DNA of 56,660 nucleotides, counting the filler, from Sphacelaria rigidula (taxonomy: Eukaryota): NCBI GenBank assembly GCA_964200075.2. It is 7 parts of 7 records of this genome, joined end to end, with 100 filler letters (N's around TTAATTAATTAA, not from the genome) between each part and the next. Parts side by side here need not be neighbours in the genome. Positions count along the whole stretch, not along the records: positions 32,437 to 40,444 come from CAXNAA020012664.1; positions 40,545 to 48,552 come from CAXNAA020012665.1; positions 48,653 to 56,660 come from CAXNAA020012666.1; 4 more parts are not named here. One strand, given 5' to 3'. Within the stretch, counting starts at the first letter, position 1, and every line of letters begins with the position of its first letter. A model generated the notes under the pieces. It made no database searches and was not told the origin of the DNA. It saw nothing but the letters and a program-made list of their open reading frames with translations. Shown here one piece after another: positions 38,710 to 50,496 of this stretch. Position numbers and translations under genes: made by a program.

Positions 38710-38899
38710 TCTGCACTTACTACATTTTGTTCAGCATGTGATACATTCTCGGGTGCGTCCCGAGCATCGTATTTTTGACCTAGCTGCACGCGCTCCCCTA
38801 GGAAATTCTCCACCCCCCTCTCCTCCTCCCCCGGATGCCTGTGGACGCTTACCTGCGACTCGTTTGCTACTCGAATCTGTATCCCCTGTTATCCGGCAG

Positions 38900-39037
38900 G
38901 CCGTCATCTACCGCAAGTACAGAGACGGAGAACTGCCGGATATTCAGATCAAGCTTGGAGATGTGTTGAGACCTCTGCAGCACCTCTCCATGCTGGACGG
39001 CGGCGTTGCGAAGGAAGTGTTTCTCCAAATTTTCAAG
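38900..39037 (+). CDS. PRKDC: DNA-PKcs internal exon (YRxG[DE]LPD motif)
   Basis: AVIYRKYRDGELPDIQIKLGDVLRPLQ resembles human [25 protein letters not shown]. Confidence 0.93.
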
Positions 39038-40201
39038 GTACTGAGAAACAGGCGGTGTCAGACACCGTTCGTGACGATTGGACACGCGACGATTACTGTT
39101 TTGTCATATTGCGAGTATTCACCATCTGGTGAAGGGAGTTTGTAGACTCACCCAGAAATAATTGTGAAGCTTTCTGTCCTTCACCCCTGTCGAGGCCCTG
39201 TCCTGCCGAGATAGGGAAAGAGGATGCATGCAATCGTGGTGTGGCTAGGGTATCGTGTGATACGGTATGCGGTATGTCGTGCATGAGATGACAACGGCAA
39301 ATTATCACGATAGGTATCGTCACGCCTATCCCGAATGAGTGAGCTATTTTCGAAATGTTTTACTTTCTCGCAGTGGAGGTCCACAAAAGTACTGTTTCGG
39401 AGTCGACACATGGGATAGGCATACTCTACACGCCCGTCGATCCCCGCCTCGCACAAACATAACCGGTTTTGGCTCATGTCAGTAGTCCGGCCACTGATGA
39501 GGCGGGGTCCCGCAGGCGGAAAGAGTAGTTTCTCGATGCCTGTCTTGTAATATGAAGCGGCGAAACAGCACCCCATTCATTCGGTCGTCAACGTTGAAAT
39601 AATTGAGGACAATAATACGCTTCGAACACCATGGCCACTCGCGGAGGCAGTTCTACGGCCTCCTCAGTTTCCCCCCGAGCATGCGAAGTGCCTTGCGCGA
39701 CCAGAAAGTGGGGCCTCAATTTCACCAAGGCGGGGGTTCAAAAAATCAACTCTACAGACGTCGGGGATCCCGCGGCTGTGCGAATTGTGAAGCGCACATG
39801 CTCCCCTAAACATAGCGCCTCACGTAGGGGTCAACAGCTGATGTCGGGGTGGCGTGCTTGGTGGGGCGCGTAACGTACTTGTGTTGAGGTGTCTTGAGTA
39901 GGCTGTTGCAGCTGCTTCAGGGTCTATAGTAGGAACCCAGGCTTGTGGCTTCTCTTTGGCCAATGTGCAATGCACTTGACTATTTCCATGGGTGCAAGAT
40001 GGATGACGGGAGTGGAATTCGCGTGAGCGACGCCGGTCGAGGCACACAATTAGTTCGATCAACGTTGTTGAATATCGCTGGAAGCGGCGATACTTCCTCT
40101 CTTCTATTTACTATTTCGAGACGTTCTTCAGATTTCCCTCCATACTCGCTCAGGTGACGGAGTGTTCTTTTTACGTTGTCGGCATCCCTTATGGTGGGCA
40201 G

Positions 40202-40339
40202 GGTGTATACGCAAGCCTACCCGGAAGCGCGAGCGGTGACGAGGGGCAAGTCAGTGAGGAAGACGCTGTTTCCGGCGAGGGAAGGGCAGCTGTGGCGGCA
40301 TTGCTGAGAAGAATGCTGTGCGCGGCTAAACATGACACC
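40202..40339 (+). CDS. PRKDC: Probable next DNA-PKcs exon
   Basis: CAG acceptor, GTGAGA donor, in phase with the previous exon; GVYASLP...AAVAALLRRMLCAAKHDT. Confidence 0.65.
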
Positions 40340-40444
40340 GTGAGATACGTCCTCTGACCGGAATCTCCCTTCAGCGACGCTAGAAAAATGTCGTTGTGAC
40401 ACTTTCTACGATATCCCCCCCCCCCCCCCCCCCTTGCCTGGTCC

Positions 40445-40544
40445 NNNNNNNNNNNNNNNNNNNNNNNNNNNNNNNNNNNNNNNNNNNNTTAATTAATTAA
40501 NNNNNNNNNNNNNNNNNNNNNNNNNNNNNNNNNNNNNNNNNNNN
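40445..40544. other. Artificial contig linker
   Basis: N44-TTAATTAATTAA-N44. Confidence 0.98.
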
Positions 40545-40869
40545 GTTGGCGACATTGGCTAGAACGAACCCAAGCGTGGGAATTCCCAGCTTACCGTTGT
40601 GCTTGAATTTTCCCATTTCGATTTACGTGAAGATTTTGCCTCCCAAAAATCATGCACTTTTTCGGGGGGGGGGCTATCGTAGAAAGTGTCTGGTGTGCGG
40701 CGCAAGGCGGTCGAATGGTCGGATTCCACCGCGAGAAAAATGCAGTTTTGTGCGGCCGACACTCGCGGCGTGTGCGCACGTCGCGTGATGTTTGTTTTTC
40801 GTTCAAGCAGGGTGTTAATTATTCATTCGCTCAGGTCCCATGTGTCAGAGAGGTACAGGTGCTTCATGG

Positions 40870-43712
40870 AGGGCGCATTGTACTGATGCGGATACGTTCA
40901 CCGCCTTATATCGGTTTTGAGACAGAGAGTTACCACCTTACGGGGCGCCGCCCGGAATAAGGCGGTGGCCGCCGTATTCCGGGTCTGAGTTGTGCGCGCA
41001 GATTTCAGCGGCCTTATATGGGGTCTACCGTCTCATTCACACCACCTTATACCGGGCCCCCTACTGTAGTGGAACAGGCCGGTACTCCCCAGATTTCGAG
41101 CAGATCGTCACTGCTCCCTTTCCACCCCTCGTGCACTACGTTGGAACCCATTTCCGATGAAGCGTCGCCATCTGTACGGAGAGAAACTTCGCTGAATCAT
41201 GGACGTTTACATCCTAGTCATGTAGACACCTCAATCGTGTGTTCATCACCAGGCAGATAAAGTGTTACGCAAGACGACTCGCCCCCTGACGCGCCCATGT
41301 TGGCTCCTGTTATCCACGCCGGGTTGAACAGCACAGCTCTATCAACCCCGCGTCCTGACGAATCGTCTCCAAAACCGCCCAAGTTGGCCCTAACCATTGC
41401 TGGTATTGAGTCGATCAGCGTATCAAACTCAACACCGCACCCCGATGAATCGTCCCCCGTTCTGACCAAGCTGGATAATGTAATTAATCTCGCTTCGCAC
41501 AATGACGATCCGCCCCCTCTGTTAGCCAATAAGGGTGAAACATCTAGCACATACCATTTGTCGGGTCCAACCACGACAACTGCCCTTCCCCGGCATCGCC
41601 CCTCCCTTGCAGTGTACAAGATTCAACCCTCGACTGATGAAAAAAATCCGGCTACAAACACTGACACTCCATGCACGCACTACCCTTCCGACCTACGTCT
41701 TGTCCCAAAGGATCACCAACGTGTGTATTTCAGCACCAGCGTTCCGAACGCAAAGCAAGATGTGTCAGATGTCCTACCCGAATTCGGGCCCGATATCGTC
41801 AGTGGTACTGCAACTACGGATGATGCCTCTTTCACAACCAAGATAGGTTTACATGGTGGTGCGCGTGCAAACTGTCATTTGATAGCCCTTGCAGTAGTTC
41901 GCTTCAAATGTTCATTACAGCTAGCTGCTGGCAACAAATGATCAATGCGGGAGCGGCGGACGAGCACCGTCTCTCCACCGTGCATCCTCGTGTTTTTGGC
42001 GGGTTTGGTTCCTATATATCACTCACGGTTAATCAATTGGTGAGACTCAGTGCACAATTCTTCCAGGATGCTACTCCCACTACTCGGCTATCCATATGGG
42101 CACTCATTGTGCCCGAGGGTTCCATGTCTTTTGATATTTTGTTTGGTCGAGATAGTTGGCTTCGTTTCTCCACACACACGTATACGTCGGACAAACCTGT
42201 TCCGAACCGTCCGGTCACAGGCAAACTGTCAGTGGGTCACTTCGACACTGATTCGGGGGCTCATACCTACAAGAATGACCCTACGCAAACAGGTGGCGCT
42301 TTCCGTCTGTACTTTGTTGGTGAACATGTAGTCTCGCTTTCTCGTGAACCCCGACTTTTCCATGTGAACCTCGTGAGACGCAATGGATCGCCCGCCCTCA
42401 CAGGACATTATTTGGTCGAATTGCTCAAACCTGACCAATCACAAGTCGACCCGTTCGAACAGACCGAAATGTTTTTTCATGAAGGCCGGCAGGCCATTTA
42501 CCTCACGTCCCCTGCGTGATTCAATATACTCAACGGACAGCTGTTGGGTGATGCTGAAGCGCCTCTCCTACGAACTGCCCTGCCAGATGTGTGCCCCCCT
42601 GCGGTAACCAACTCGTCAACCGACACCCCGACAACCACGCCCCCCCCTCCGCTACACATGCCTGACTCTATGGTGGTGACAAACCCATCAGATACGCCTG
42701 AACCTGAATCCCCAACTGCATTACTGGACCGATTTTGCCCAGAACAACGTGCCAGTTTCCAAAGGTTGTGGAATGACATCCCCCCTCATTGGTGGCATAT
42801 TGCTTTTGATCCATCCGGTGATGGTTGGACACCCACTGTAATCGATAGGCTGAGGTCCATCTTGATAAGATAATCTGAATGTTTTTCTACTGCACCCTTG
42901 GATTTAGGTCGATGTGTCACGACACCGTTCAAAATCAAAATCCCAGATGACACTCCACCTATCGCTATGCGCCCATACCGTACGAACCCCCTCTTAGCGG
43001 ATAAGATTCGAGTGATTCTCGACGGTGACTTATCCGCCCGTTTAATTCGGCACTCGACGTCTCCGTGGGCCTCGCCTTTAGTAGTCGTCCGCAAGAATAA
43101 CGGCAAAATCAGACTGACGGTCAATTGTCAACGATTGAACGCTGTCACCAAAATCGCCCGTGTCCCTCTTCCACGGATTGATGAAATTATTGACTCTCTT
43201 GGCGGGGGTAAAGTATTTTCGAACTTTGACATGAGCAACTCGTGATGAATCCGAATTCCATTGAACTGACAGCATTCTGCACGCCGTCAGGTTTGCACGA
43301 GTGGCTGGTAACACCACAAGGTGCCGCCGGAGCCCCACGGGCGTTTCAACGTGTGATGTTCCGTGTGACTGATGGACTGCCCAAATGCCATATGTATCTT
43401 GATGCGGTGTGCCACGGTTGCACACCGGCCGAGCACGTCGAACAATTGGCATCATTCTTTGCTCGGTTTGAACAACACAACTTGAAACGCGCCCCCTCCA
43501 AACTCCGCATGGGCGCCACGAAGATTGAGTTTTGGGGTCATTGCACCACCCCCGAAGGCCGTAGCCTGAATAACAACAAGGTTGCCGCACTCGCCGATAT
43601 GCCCATGCCACGGGACATTTCTCAACTGCGTTCCTTGTTTGGAGGTTTAAGCTACTACAGACAGTACTTGCCAAACCTTGCCCAGACGCTCAGACCCCTC
43701 ACCAGCCTTCAG
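40870..43712 (+). mobile_element. Degenerate Ty3/gypsy LTR retrotransposon (gag-like, protease, RT); RNase H and integrase deleted
   Basis: FDILFGRDSW (protease), SPWASPLVVVRK..GKIRLTV, PLPRIDEIIDSL, TAFCTPSGLHEW..PQG, YLDA in place of YxDD, LRSLFGGLSYYR. Frameshifts and stops throughout. Confidence 0.92.
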
Positions 43713-44018
43713 ACTCAGAGTCCGCCACACGCTATCTTTTGTCACCGCTGCCTACACCAGTTTTTGCGTACGCTTACCCGCGTCTGAAATCGGTGTGGTG
43801 GTGTTTTGTTTCTATCAGGGGTTGTTGATAACCAAGTTGTGTGACGGTGCGCCCGACTGGGGCTTTTCCTCCAGTTTGTGTACGCACGTTCTCGTCCGCA
43901 CGGACAAGTACCGTGGAAAGGGGACTGCGCCGGCCCTCTCTCTTCGTGTACTTGTCGTGGTTCAGAAACGTGTTGGGCGATTCGCCTCGGATTTATCTCC
44001 GATGGTTGTATAATAACA
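43713..44018 (+). mobile_element. Probable 3' LTR portion of the gypsy element
   Basis: Abrupt switch from RT to non-coding sequence ending ...ATAATAACA, the canonical LTR CA end. Confidence 0.5.
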
Positions 44019-44267
44019 CAATTTCGTTTCTTATGACGATTGCGAATACCCGACCTCTCAAATCGGCCGGCTGTTTTCGTACAACGTTGTGTGGGTAAAA
44101 AACAAAAAATCATGCCGTACGACTGGATCATCACCCACGCGTATTTGGCGACACATGTTGCGGCTCCTGAACTATCGGCGTGCCCTAAAGTTGCTCGAGG
44201 TACTCAGGACACTCATCACCACCATGCGGTATCCGCTTGCCATTCCCCACAATCGTTTTTTTTTCAG

Positions 44268-45899
44268 CTAGCGGATTTCGGTTGCGCACTTGTCCTCAAG
44301 GACGACAACGGCGGTGAGGGAGTGGAAATGTTCATGAAGGGCACCCCTCCTTTCATGGCTCCTGAGATGCTGCTCAAGCGCAAGTGTGGCCGTCGTGTCG
44401 ACATCTGGTCTCTGGGCTGCGCGGTGCTCGAGATGGTAACGACGCGACCACCTTGGGCGGACGCCTTCAAGCACCCTGTCGAGATTATCGCCCACTTCAA
44501 CGAGAATCCGGGCCCACCGCCTCTTCCGTCAGATCTCTCGCCGGGACTGCGCCACTTTTTATTGTCGTGCTTCACGTGGGACCCCGAGATGCGCCCGTCG
44601 GCGTCCGAGCTCTGCGCTCACGGGTATCTGCAGAGCAGGGCGTTGCCATCGCAGGATGGTGCGGATGGCATCAGCATGCCGGACGATGTACCGCTAGAGG
44701 AGATGGATCGGGTATCCGCGGTTACGCGGATGCGCCGATGCAGTAGCGCCACGCTGGACCTCTTGGCCGTGCAGGCGCGACAGGCCGCACTTGGCGTGGG
44801 TATCAGTGGCGGCGCGCTCGTGGGGTTCGGGACGGCGCCATCGGGGACGTTTCGTCCGCCCTCTCCACGTTATGGCCCGGGAGGTGCCGCGGCGCATAAA
44901 AGGACACCCACGCGGCGCCGACATATGCCGCCGCCGGAGAACGTAGCGCAACTTGTTGCTGCTGGGAGCGGAGGGGGCGGGGGAGGTAGTCAGCAGGCCA
45001 ATAGATCTAATAGCAACAGTGGCAGTAGCAATAACAACGCACGAATAAACCAGCAGTACGCTCCATGCCAGGGGAGCAATCTTCTCCCCGAGGGCGAGGA
45101 GGGCGACGACGATCATGATCGATCGCGCCGAAATTCGATGCCGTTATCCAAGTCACCCTCGCTATCTCCGGAGAAATCACGAGGAGGTGTCGGAGAGAGA
45201 CCCAAAACTCTCGGTCACAGGCCCGGGCGAGGCAGCGGCTTCAGCGGGGGTGGTATGTACTTGGACGATGATGTGCGGGCGGGGCTCGGACGGCCTGGTC
45301 GGGGATCCGGCGGCGGCTGTTGCGAGGATGAGAGGAGGGCTTCGGGTCCTATTACGTCGCAATTGCGTGGACCGGGTTGCAATCGAGCTAACAGCGGGGA
45401 TTCTGGTAGCAGCGGCAGCAGCAGCAGCAGGAGCAGGAGCAAGAACGAGAAGGACGAGAGCCATGCAGCGAACGCGGCAGAGGGCGGTGCTGGCGGCCCC
45501 GCCTTCTTGTCTCCTTCGTCTTTGTCCACGTCTCCATCGTCGTCGTACGCGTCCTCCTTCTGTAATATACTCACCAATGTCAACGGCGTGCGGAATACTA
45601 ATGTTCCGACGCCGCTGTCGACGCCAAGGGGACACGACGGGCTGGTGGGGGTCACGCTAGTTGGCAGCGCGGGATCGGGGGTCCCTGATGTAGGTGTCAC
45701 GACGGACACGCCCCCGCCGGTTGTAACGCCCCTCGAGCACCCCTCGAATCCCTCCGGCCGATTACGTAGGGATGGTGTGCCTACTTGGTCGACAAGCGTC
45801 GCGCAAGGCCCCGCGGCAGCGATTGCGCTGCTGCAGCGCCGGGGGGGGCGGGGAGGCGGCTCAAATAGGAATGAGGCGGCCGAAAAAAGTGAAGGCTGA
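44268..45899 (+). CDS. Ser/Thr kinase (MAPKKK/STE11-like), terminal exon with a long disordered tail
   Basis: TTTTTTTCAG acceptor; LADFG, GTPPFMAPE, DIWSLGCAVLEM..RPPW, RPSA.EL..H (subdomains VII-XI); open to TGA at 45899. N-lobe exons lie off-contig. Confidence 0.92.
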   Translation, partial: LADFGCALVLKDDNGGEGVEMFMKGTPPFMAPEMLLKRKCGRRVDIWSLGCAVLEMVTTRPPWADAFKHPVEIIAHFNENPGPPPLPSDLSPGLRHFLLSCFTWDPEMRPSASELCAHGYLQSRALPSQDGADGISMPDDVPLEEMDRVSAVTRMRRCSSATLDLLAVQARQAALGVGISGGALVGFGTAPSGTFRPPSPRYGPGGAAAHKRTPTRRRHMPPPENVAQLVAAGSGGGGGGSQQANRSNSNSGSSNNNARINQQYAPCQGSNLLPEGEEGDDDHDRSRRNSMPLSKSPSLSPEKSRGGVGERPKTLGHRPGRGSGFSGGGMYLDDDVRAGLGRPGRGSGGGCCEDERRASGPITSQLRGPGCNRANSGDSGSSGSSSSRSRSKNEKDESHAANAAEGGAGGPAFLSPSSLSTSPSSSYASSFCNILTNVNGVRNTNVPTPLSTPRGHDGLVGVTLVGSAGSGVPDVGVTTDTPPPVVTPLEHPSNPSGRLRRDGVPTWSTSVAQGPAAAIALLQRRGGRGGGSNRNEAAEKSEG

Positions 45900-47667
45900 A
45901 CGGACGCTTTTCACTGAGTTTCCAGTGTTTGAGTTTTATATGGTGTGTTCTGGCTGGAAAGGGGAAAAAAATAGTGTGAAGTTGTGCTGGTGAGGTAGCC
46001 AGGGGGTACTTCGTCCACCGGTCAGTCGGTGCATTATAAGAGATGAAAACGCGAGAAGCTATCGTCTGTTTCATATGTTAGATGGAAGCAGAACAACTTC
46101 GTCTCACGTCTCCGCCGCTGATCTGTTTTGACACGGTTATATCTGTCATCGCTGGCGATTGCCAGATAATGATGTGCTCTTGCGTTTTTTTTCAACATGA
46201 GTGTTTTCTGTTTAGTTGTTGTGTCGCTCCCCTGTGTTTGTGTCGAACTATATCTACCGGCCTGTAGAGGCGTCATTTGGAATTTCAAAATGCCCAGATG
46301 TGATTATAGTAGTAGCCATTCGTTGCGTCTGTTTCTCTTCCGACTGTCGAGGGAAGGGCCGCCGATCGCCCAATCCAGCACTCCCCACTTTTTCTGGCGA
46401 CTGGAGGGCCGGCACTTGTCAATTTGATCATTTTTTCCCCCGCGCATATTAGTGTTGAGTGGCTTGTGTAGAGAGCGGGTCTGTGTTGGTCGCGTTGTTT
46501 ATTTCTTGGAAAAAACAAGTAGTGTAGATGTTGTAAAGCACATTTTTTGTTGTTTGGGGCGGTGAATGTGGGAGGTGGCGTGGCGACGTGTCCGGTGAGA
46601 GACGGCTCTCACAGACACCCCCGTGCGCAGCCTGGTTCAACCGCCCACATTTTTTGGATGCCGAGATAGGTCCCACAGCCCTCCATGAGTAGATTTTTTT
46701 ACTTGGTGTTATCGTCTGGAGTTCGCAACCGTTAGTCCTTGAGCGCCGTTCCGCCGCGTGGTGTGGATCGGCGGCTACGTGGCGCGCCCGAAATTCATAC
46801 GCTAAGGCAGTGCTTGAGCGAGCAACTGCGGCGATATCTGCTGACCGTCGTCCGTAGGTATACTTTGTCTCATATGAGATGGTGTGGTATGTGCGTTTCA
46901 CGTTGTATGGGGCTGAATGAGAAGTTTTCTTGATGAGCTGACTCATTTGGTTTTCATGGCGGTGGGTCCCGTGGCATTTGTCCCCCCTCCAATTTCTTCC
47001 TTTCTTTTTTTTTGCCCGCGGCAAATCAATAATGGTTATTTTTTGTCTTTCGTGGGAGGTTCGGACAGGGGTCAGAGTGAGGCAGACGTGTCCTTGTTTG
47101 TGACGGTTTTGTTGTGGAAGAAGAGCTTGTCGATTGTTTGAGACTAGAGTCCAGTGAGGGGGGAGTCGAAGTGCACCACAGATAGTTTCGTCATGCACGG
47201 TTGTGTCGGTAGTAGGCGTTGATATATGCGAGGGCTTTTGGATGTCATCCGTGTGTGTGCGTGTCTCGTGTGTGTGGCGTGTGTTGATGTGTGTGTGGCG
47301 TGCCCACGTGCGTTTGTGCGCTCGTGTGTAGATCTTTCTCTTGTTTTTTTCGTGTTTTTATCGCGCTTCGTCAAGTCATTCCATCCCAGCGCACCGTGCG
47401 TGTAGTACATACGACGATTGATTAACTGTAGTCGCACAGCACGGCACTCCGGTTATGCAAACACACGGATTACTGTCGACAGCTGGTGCGTACGTGTCAC
47501 GGCCGCGTTTGGGGCGGCCGTGTGTTGTCGAACGCGTTGGGTTTGTGTGCTTGATCGCTATTCCAGATACATACGTGATGGCAAAAAAATGGGGTTTTAT
47601 ATTTCCAATAGCAAAAAAATGCAGGTTTTTATTAGAAGGCAAGTTGGCGTGGGCGCCTGGTGGGATA

Positions 47668-47856
47668 GTACCACGCTGTAGGACGTCTGGGTAGTACATA
47701 CAGGGCTTATTTGCATGCGCGACTCTGGATAGGTGAGGAGTTTTGGCGAGGCAAGCGTGTGGTACCACGCTGAAGGACGTCTATGTAGTACACACACGGG
47801 TCTGTTTGCATGCGCGACTCCGTATAGGCCAGGAGTTTTGGCGAGGCAAACGTGTG
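47668..47856. repeat. ~94-bp direct tandem duplication
   Basis: GTACCACGCTG.AGGACGTCT..GTAGTACA...TTTGCATGCGCGACTC...AGGAGTTTTGGCGAGGCAA occurs twice. Confidence 0.85.
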
Positions 47857-48552
47857 TAGTGGGCAGGTACTGTAGGGCAAGCTGGGCGATTCAGAGTTGT
47901 CATCAGCGTGGTCAGTATTTTTGAGTGTTGACAAACCATGTGTAAAGCAAGGAAAAAAAAAAGCATGTCCCGATAGGTTTTGAGTGGTGTCACTTACATT
48001 ACAAGGTATTTTGTCAAGAGTATTCTTGGGTGAACAAATAATGGCTTTAAGTTACTGTTTACTTACTTTTTGCTGCAGTCCTTTAGGTGAAAGGGACGGC
48101 GCGCAGCGTGAAAAGATTGAAAAAAAATGAAAGAAAGGTCTCGCTGCTGGATGGCGGTACTCTTCTGCATCTCGATGATCCGTGACACTTGTTACGTGGC
48201 ACCATTCCTCAGCTGTACCGCTGACGCTTGGCATTTTCTTCTGGCAAAGAAATGTGATTCAGCGTGGTTTATAGCTGGGAGATTTCTCGTCGCTGCCTTG
48301 ATGGGAAAGTGAACCGTGCGTTTCCTCTTCCTAGAGAGGAAAATGCGAAGGAGCGTGGTTTACAGTAAGGAGATCTCTGAGGTTGAGGACTGGCGCTACG
48401 CGCCAGTACCAGGTAAACTGGCTGCACATTGGTGTCGCGGCGCAGCCACGACCACCGCCCCCCCCCCCCCCGCTGGGAAGGGGGGCCCGCCGGAGGCGGA
48501 TTTTTTCGCCATTTGGCTTCCCCCAAAGATATTTTTGGGGTGGTTTTTGGCC

Positions 48553-48652
48553 NNNNNNNNNNNNNNNNNNNNNNNNNNNNNNNNNNNNNNNNNNNNTTAA
48601 TTAATTAANNNNNNNNNNNNNNNNNNNNNNNNNNNNNNNNNNNNNNNNNNNN
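48553..48652. other. Artificial contig linker
   Basis: N44-TTAATTAATTAA-N44. Confidence 0.98.
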
Positions 48653-48689
48653 AATCAGCACTCCCTGGGGGTCTAGTTCCCAAAGGGTT

Positions 48690-49035
48690 AACACGGGGTC
48701 TTACAAATTGGGGATGGATCTTTTATTGGGGATGAGAAACGCGGAGAATTAAAATCTTCGGATCCACACCAAATCTTCGAAACATGGTACTATTTCTTCA
48801 CCTACTGATGGCTAATGACAGCTGCTACACGCCATAGATATTTGGATTTCGATAACCCCAACATTTCGGTGGTCGAAATCCAAATATCTATGGCGTGTAG
48901 CAGCTGTCATTAGCCATCAGTAGGTGAAGAAATAGAACCATATTCCGAAGATTTGGTGTGGATACAAAGATTTTAATTCTCCGGGTTTCTCATTCCCAAT
49001 AAAAGATCCATCCCCAATTTGTAAGATCCCGTGTT
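48690..49035. mobile_element. Near-perfect palindromic MITE (~164-bp arms, ~20-nt loop)
   Basis: AACACGGGGTCTTACAAATTGGGGATGG... vs ...CCATCCCCAATTTGTAAGATCCCGTGTT, with few mismatches. Abuts a piggyBac-like AAAGGG|TTAA end. Confidence 0.92.
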
Positions 49036-50496
49036 TCTTGTGTCGAAATTCGTGAGCTGAAGGAAATGAAACGGCTCATCAACGGAGGAACGTCCTGGCT
49101 TCCCACGTTATGGGGAAGCAACAATAGTACGCATCAACGCCTTTGCTTCCTCACGTTTACGGTCCGATGCCCAAAGCGTCCCGACGATACATAACTACCC
49201 GCGCACGCTTGACTGTAAAGGCTGCTAATTGGTTTAAATGTATGTTGTTCGGTCTTCAGGACGACTCACAGGCAAGCACGCTGAGTTACAGAGTTCAAAA
49301 GCCCGAGAGGTGAGATTTCCACGCTCGCGTGTATCGGGAGATCTCTGTTGTGGGGCGATGGTAACGGCATTCCCTGCATCGGCGCGACTCTCCTGCGGCT
49401 TAGTTCTGCAACACCGAGGTAGCACAACTCGCCCTTGGGGATGCAACACGCCATGTTCTACGGCTCCGTCCTGTACTCTACAACGGCTGCAACGCTTCTG
49501 TGCGCGTAGCATATTCCTAAACCGTGTACGCATGCGGATATGCCCGACGCAAAAATAATTTCCACTGTGAATTATTCTGTAGCAGTGCCTGAAATATCAG
49601 GGAGTTGTTTATAGCTATCGCGAGCGAACTCGGACTCTCAACTACGAATACTCGAGCGTCCACAGCACGATCAAAGCTACCTGGACGTTAGTACAGCAGG
49701 AATGACCTGAACTCATCGCCGGTTTCTGCCATACCGTCAAGATGACAACACCCATCGTTCTCTCGACCTAGCGAGCTTGTCGGAGATTGAAACACCTGCT
49801 ACCGCCTGGACACTTAGCTAGACGCCAAACGGGCGGAGGTGTTCGGGCGGATCGGAATAGTTTTCGTTGATGGAGAGATGACGCCTACATAGAGTGGGCC
49901 GTTGCCACACACACGCCGCGTGGCATCGTCAGTAGCGTATAAGCCACAGATAGTACTGTCCCAGCACAGCAAAGCGGTACGGTAGTTATCGCACCAGCAG
50001 TACAGGTGGCCACATCATGTGTGGGAGTGTCCGCATACACAACAGGACGACGCACGAACAAAAAACATTATTACTCCCGCGTCAACCATGAAAAAGTGCT
50101 CTCGCACGCTTATTGACCACTTATTTATTCTTCGCATTATTCTCGTAAATCGTCCGTAACAGCTTGGTAACAAATTCTGCGGAAACTCGTGGGGCTATCT
50201 GTGGACAAAATCCAGTGATCAAAACACTCTGGAGGAGTTGAGCTTCTCTCCACAGATGCGAGGAATACGATCTTTGCCATCTCACTGTTGAACTCAACTC
50301 ACGCAAAAACTACGGTAAACAAGACTCTTTGAAAAAGCACTTGGCCGTTTTTTGGCGCAGATAATCCGAGATTTGTTCTGCAATACAGGGGTAGGACTGA
50401 GTTATGTAGCCTTGTTTTGAGGAGCTACAGTCTCTGCGTGCACAAGTCGAAACCCGTGAATGAACAAATGAGAATAGACAGATGATGCGATATGTT

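Noticed and set aside
44040-44267. N-terminal part of the 619-aa ORF
   Set aside because: Intronic read-through; kinase homology starts at the CAG acceptor before LADFG.
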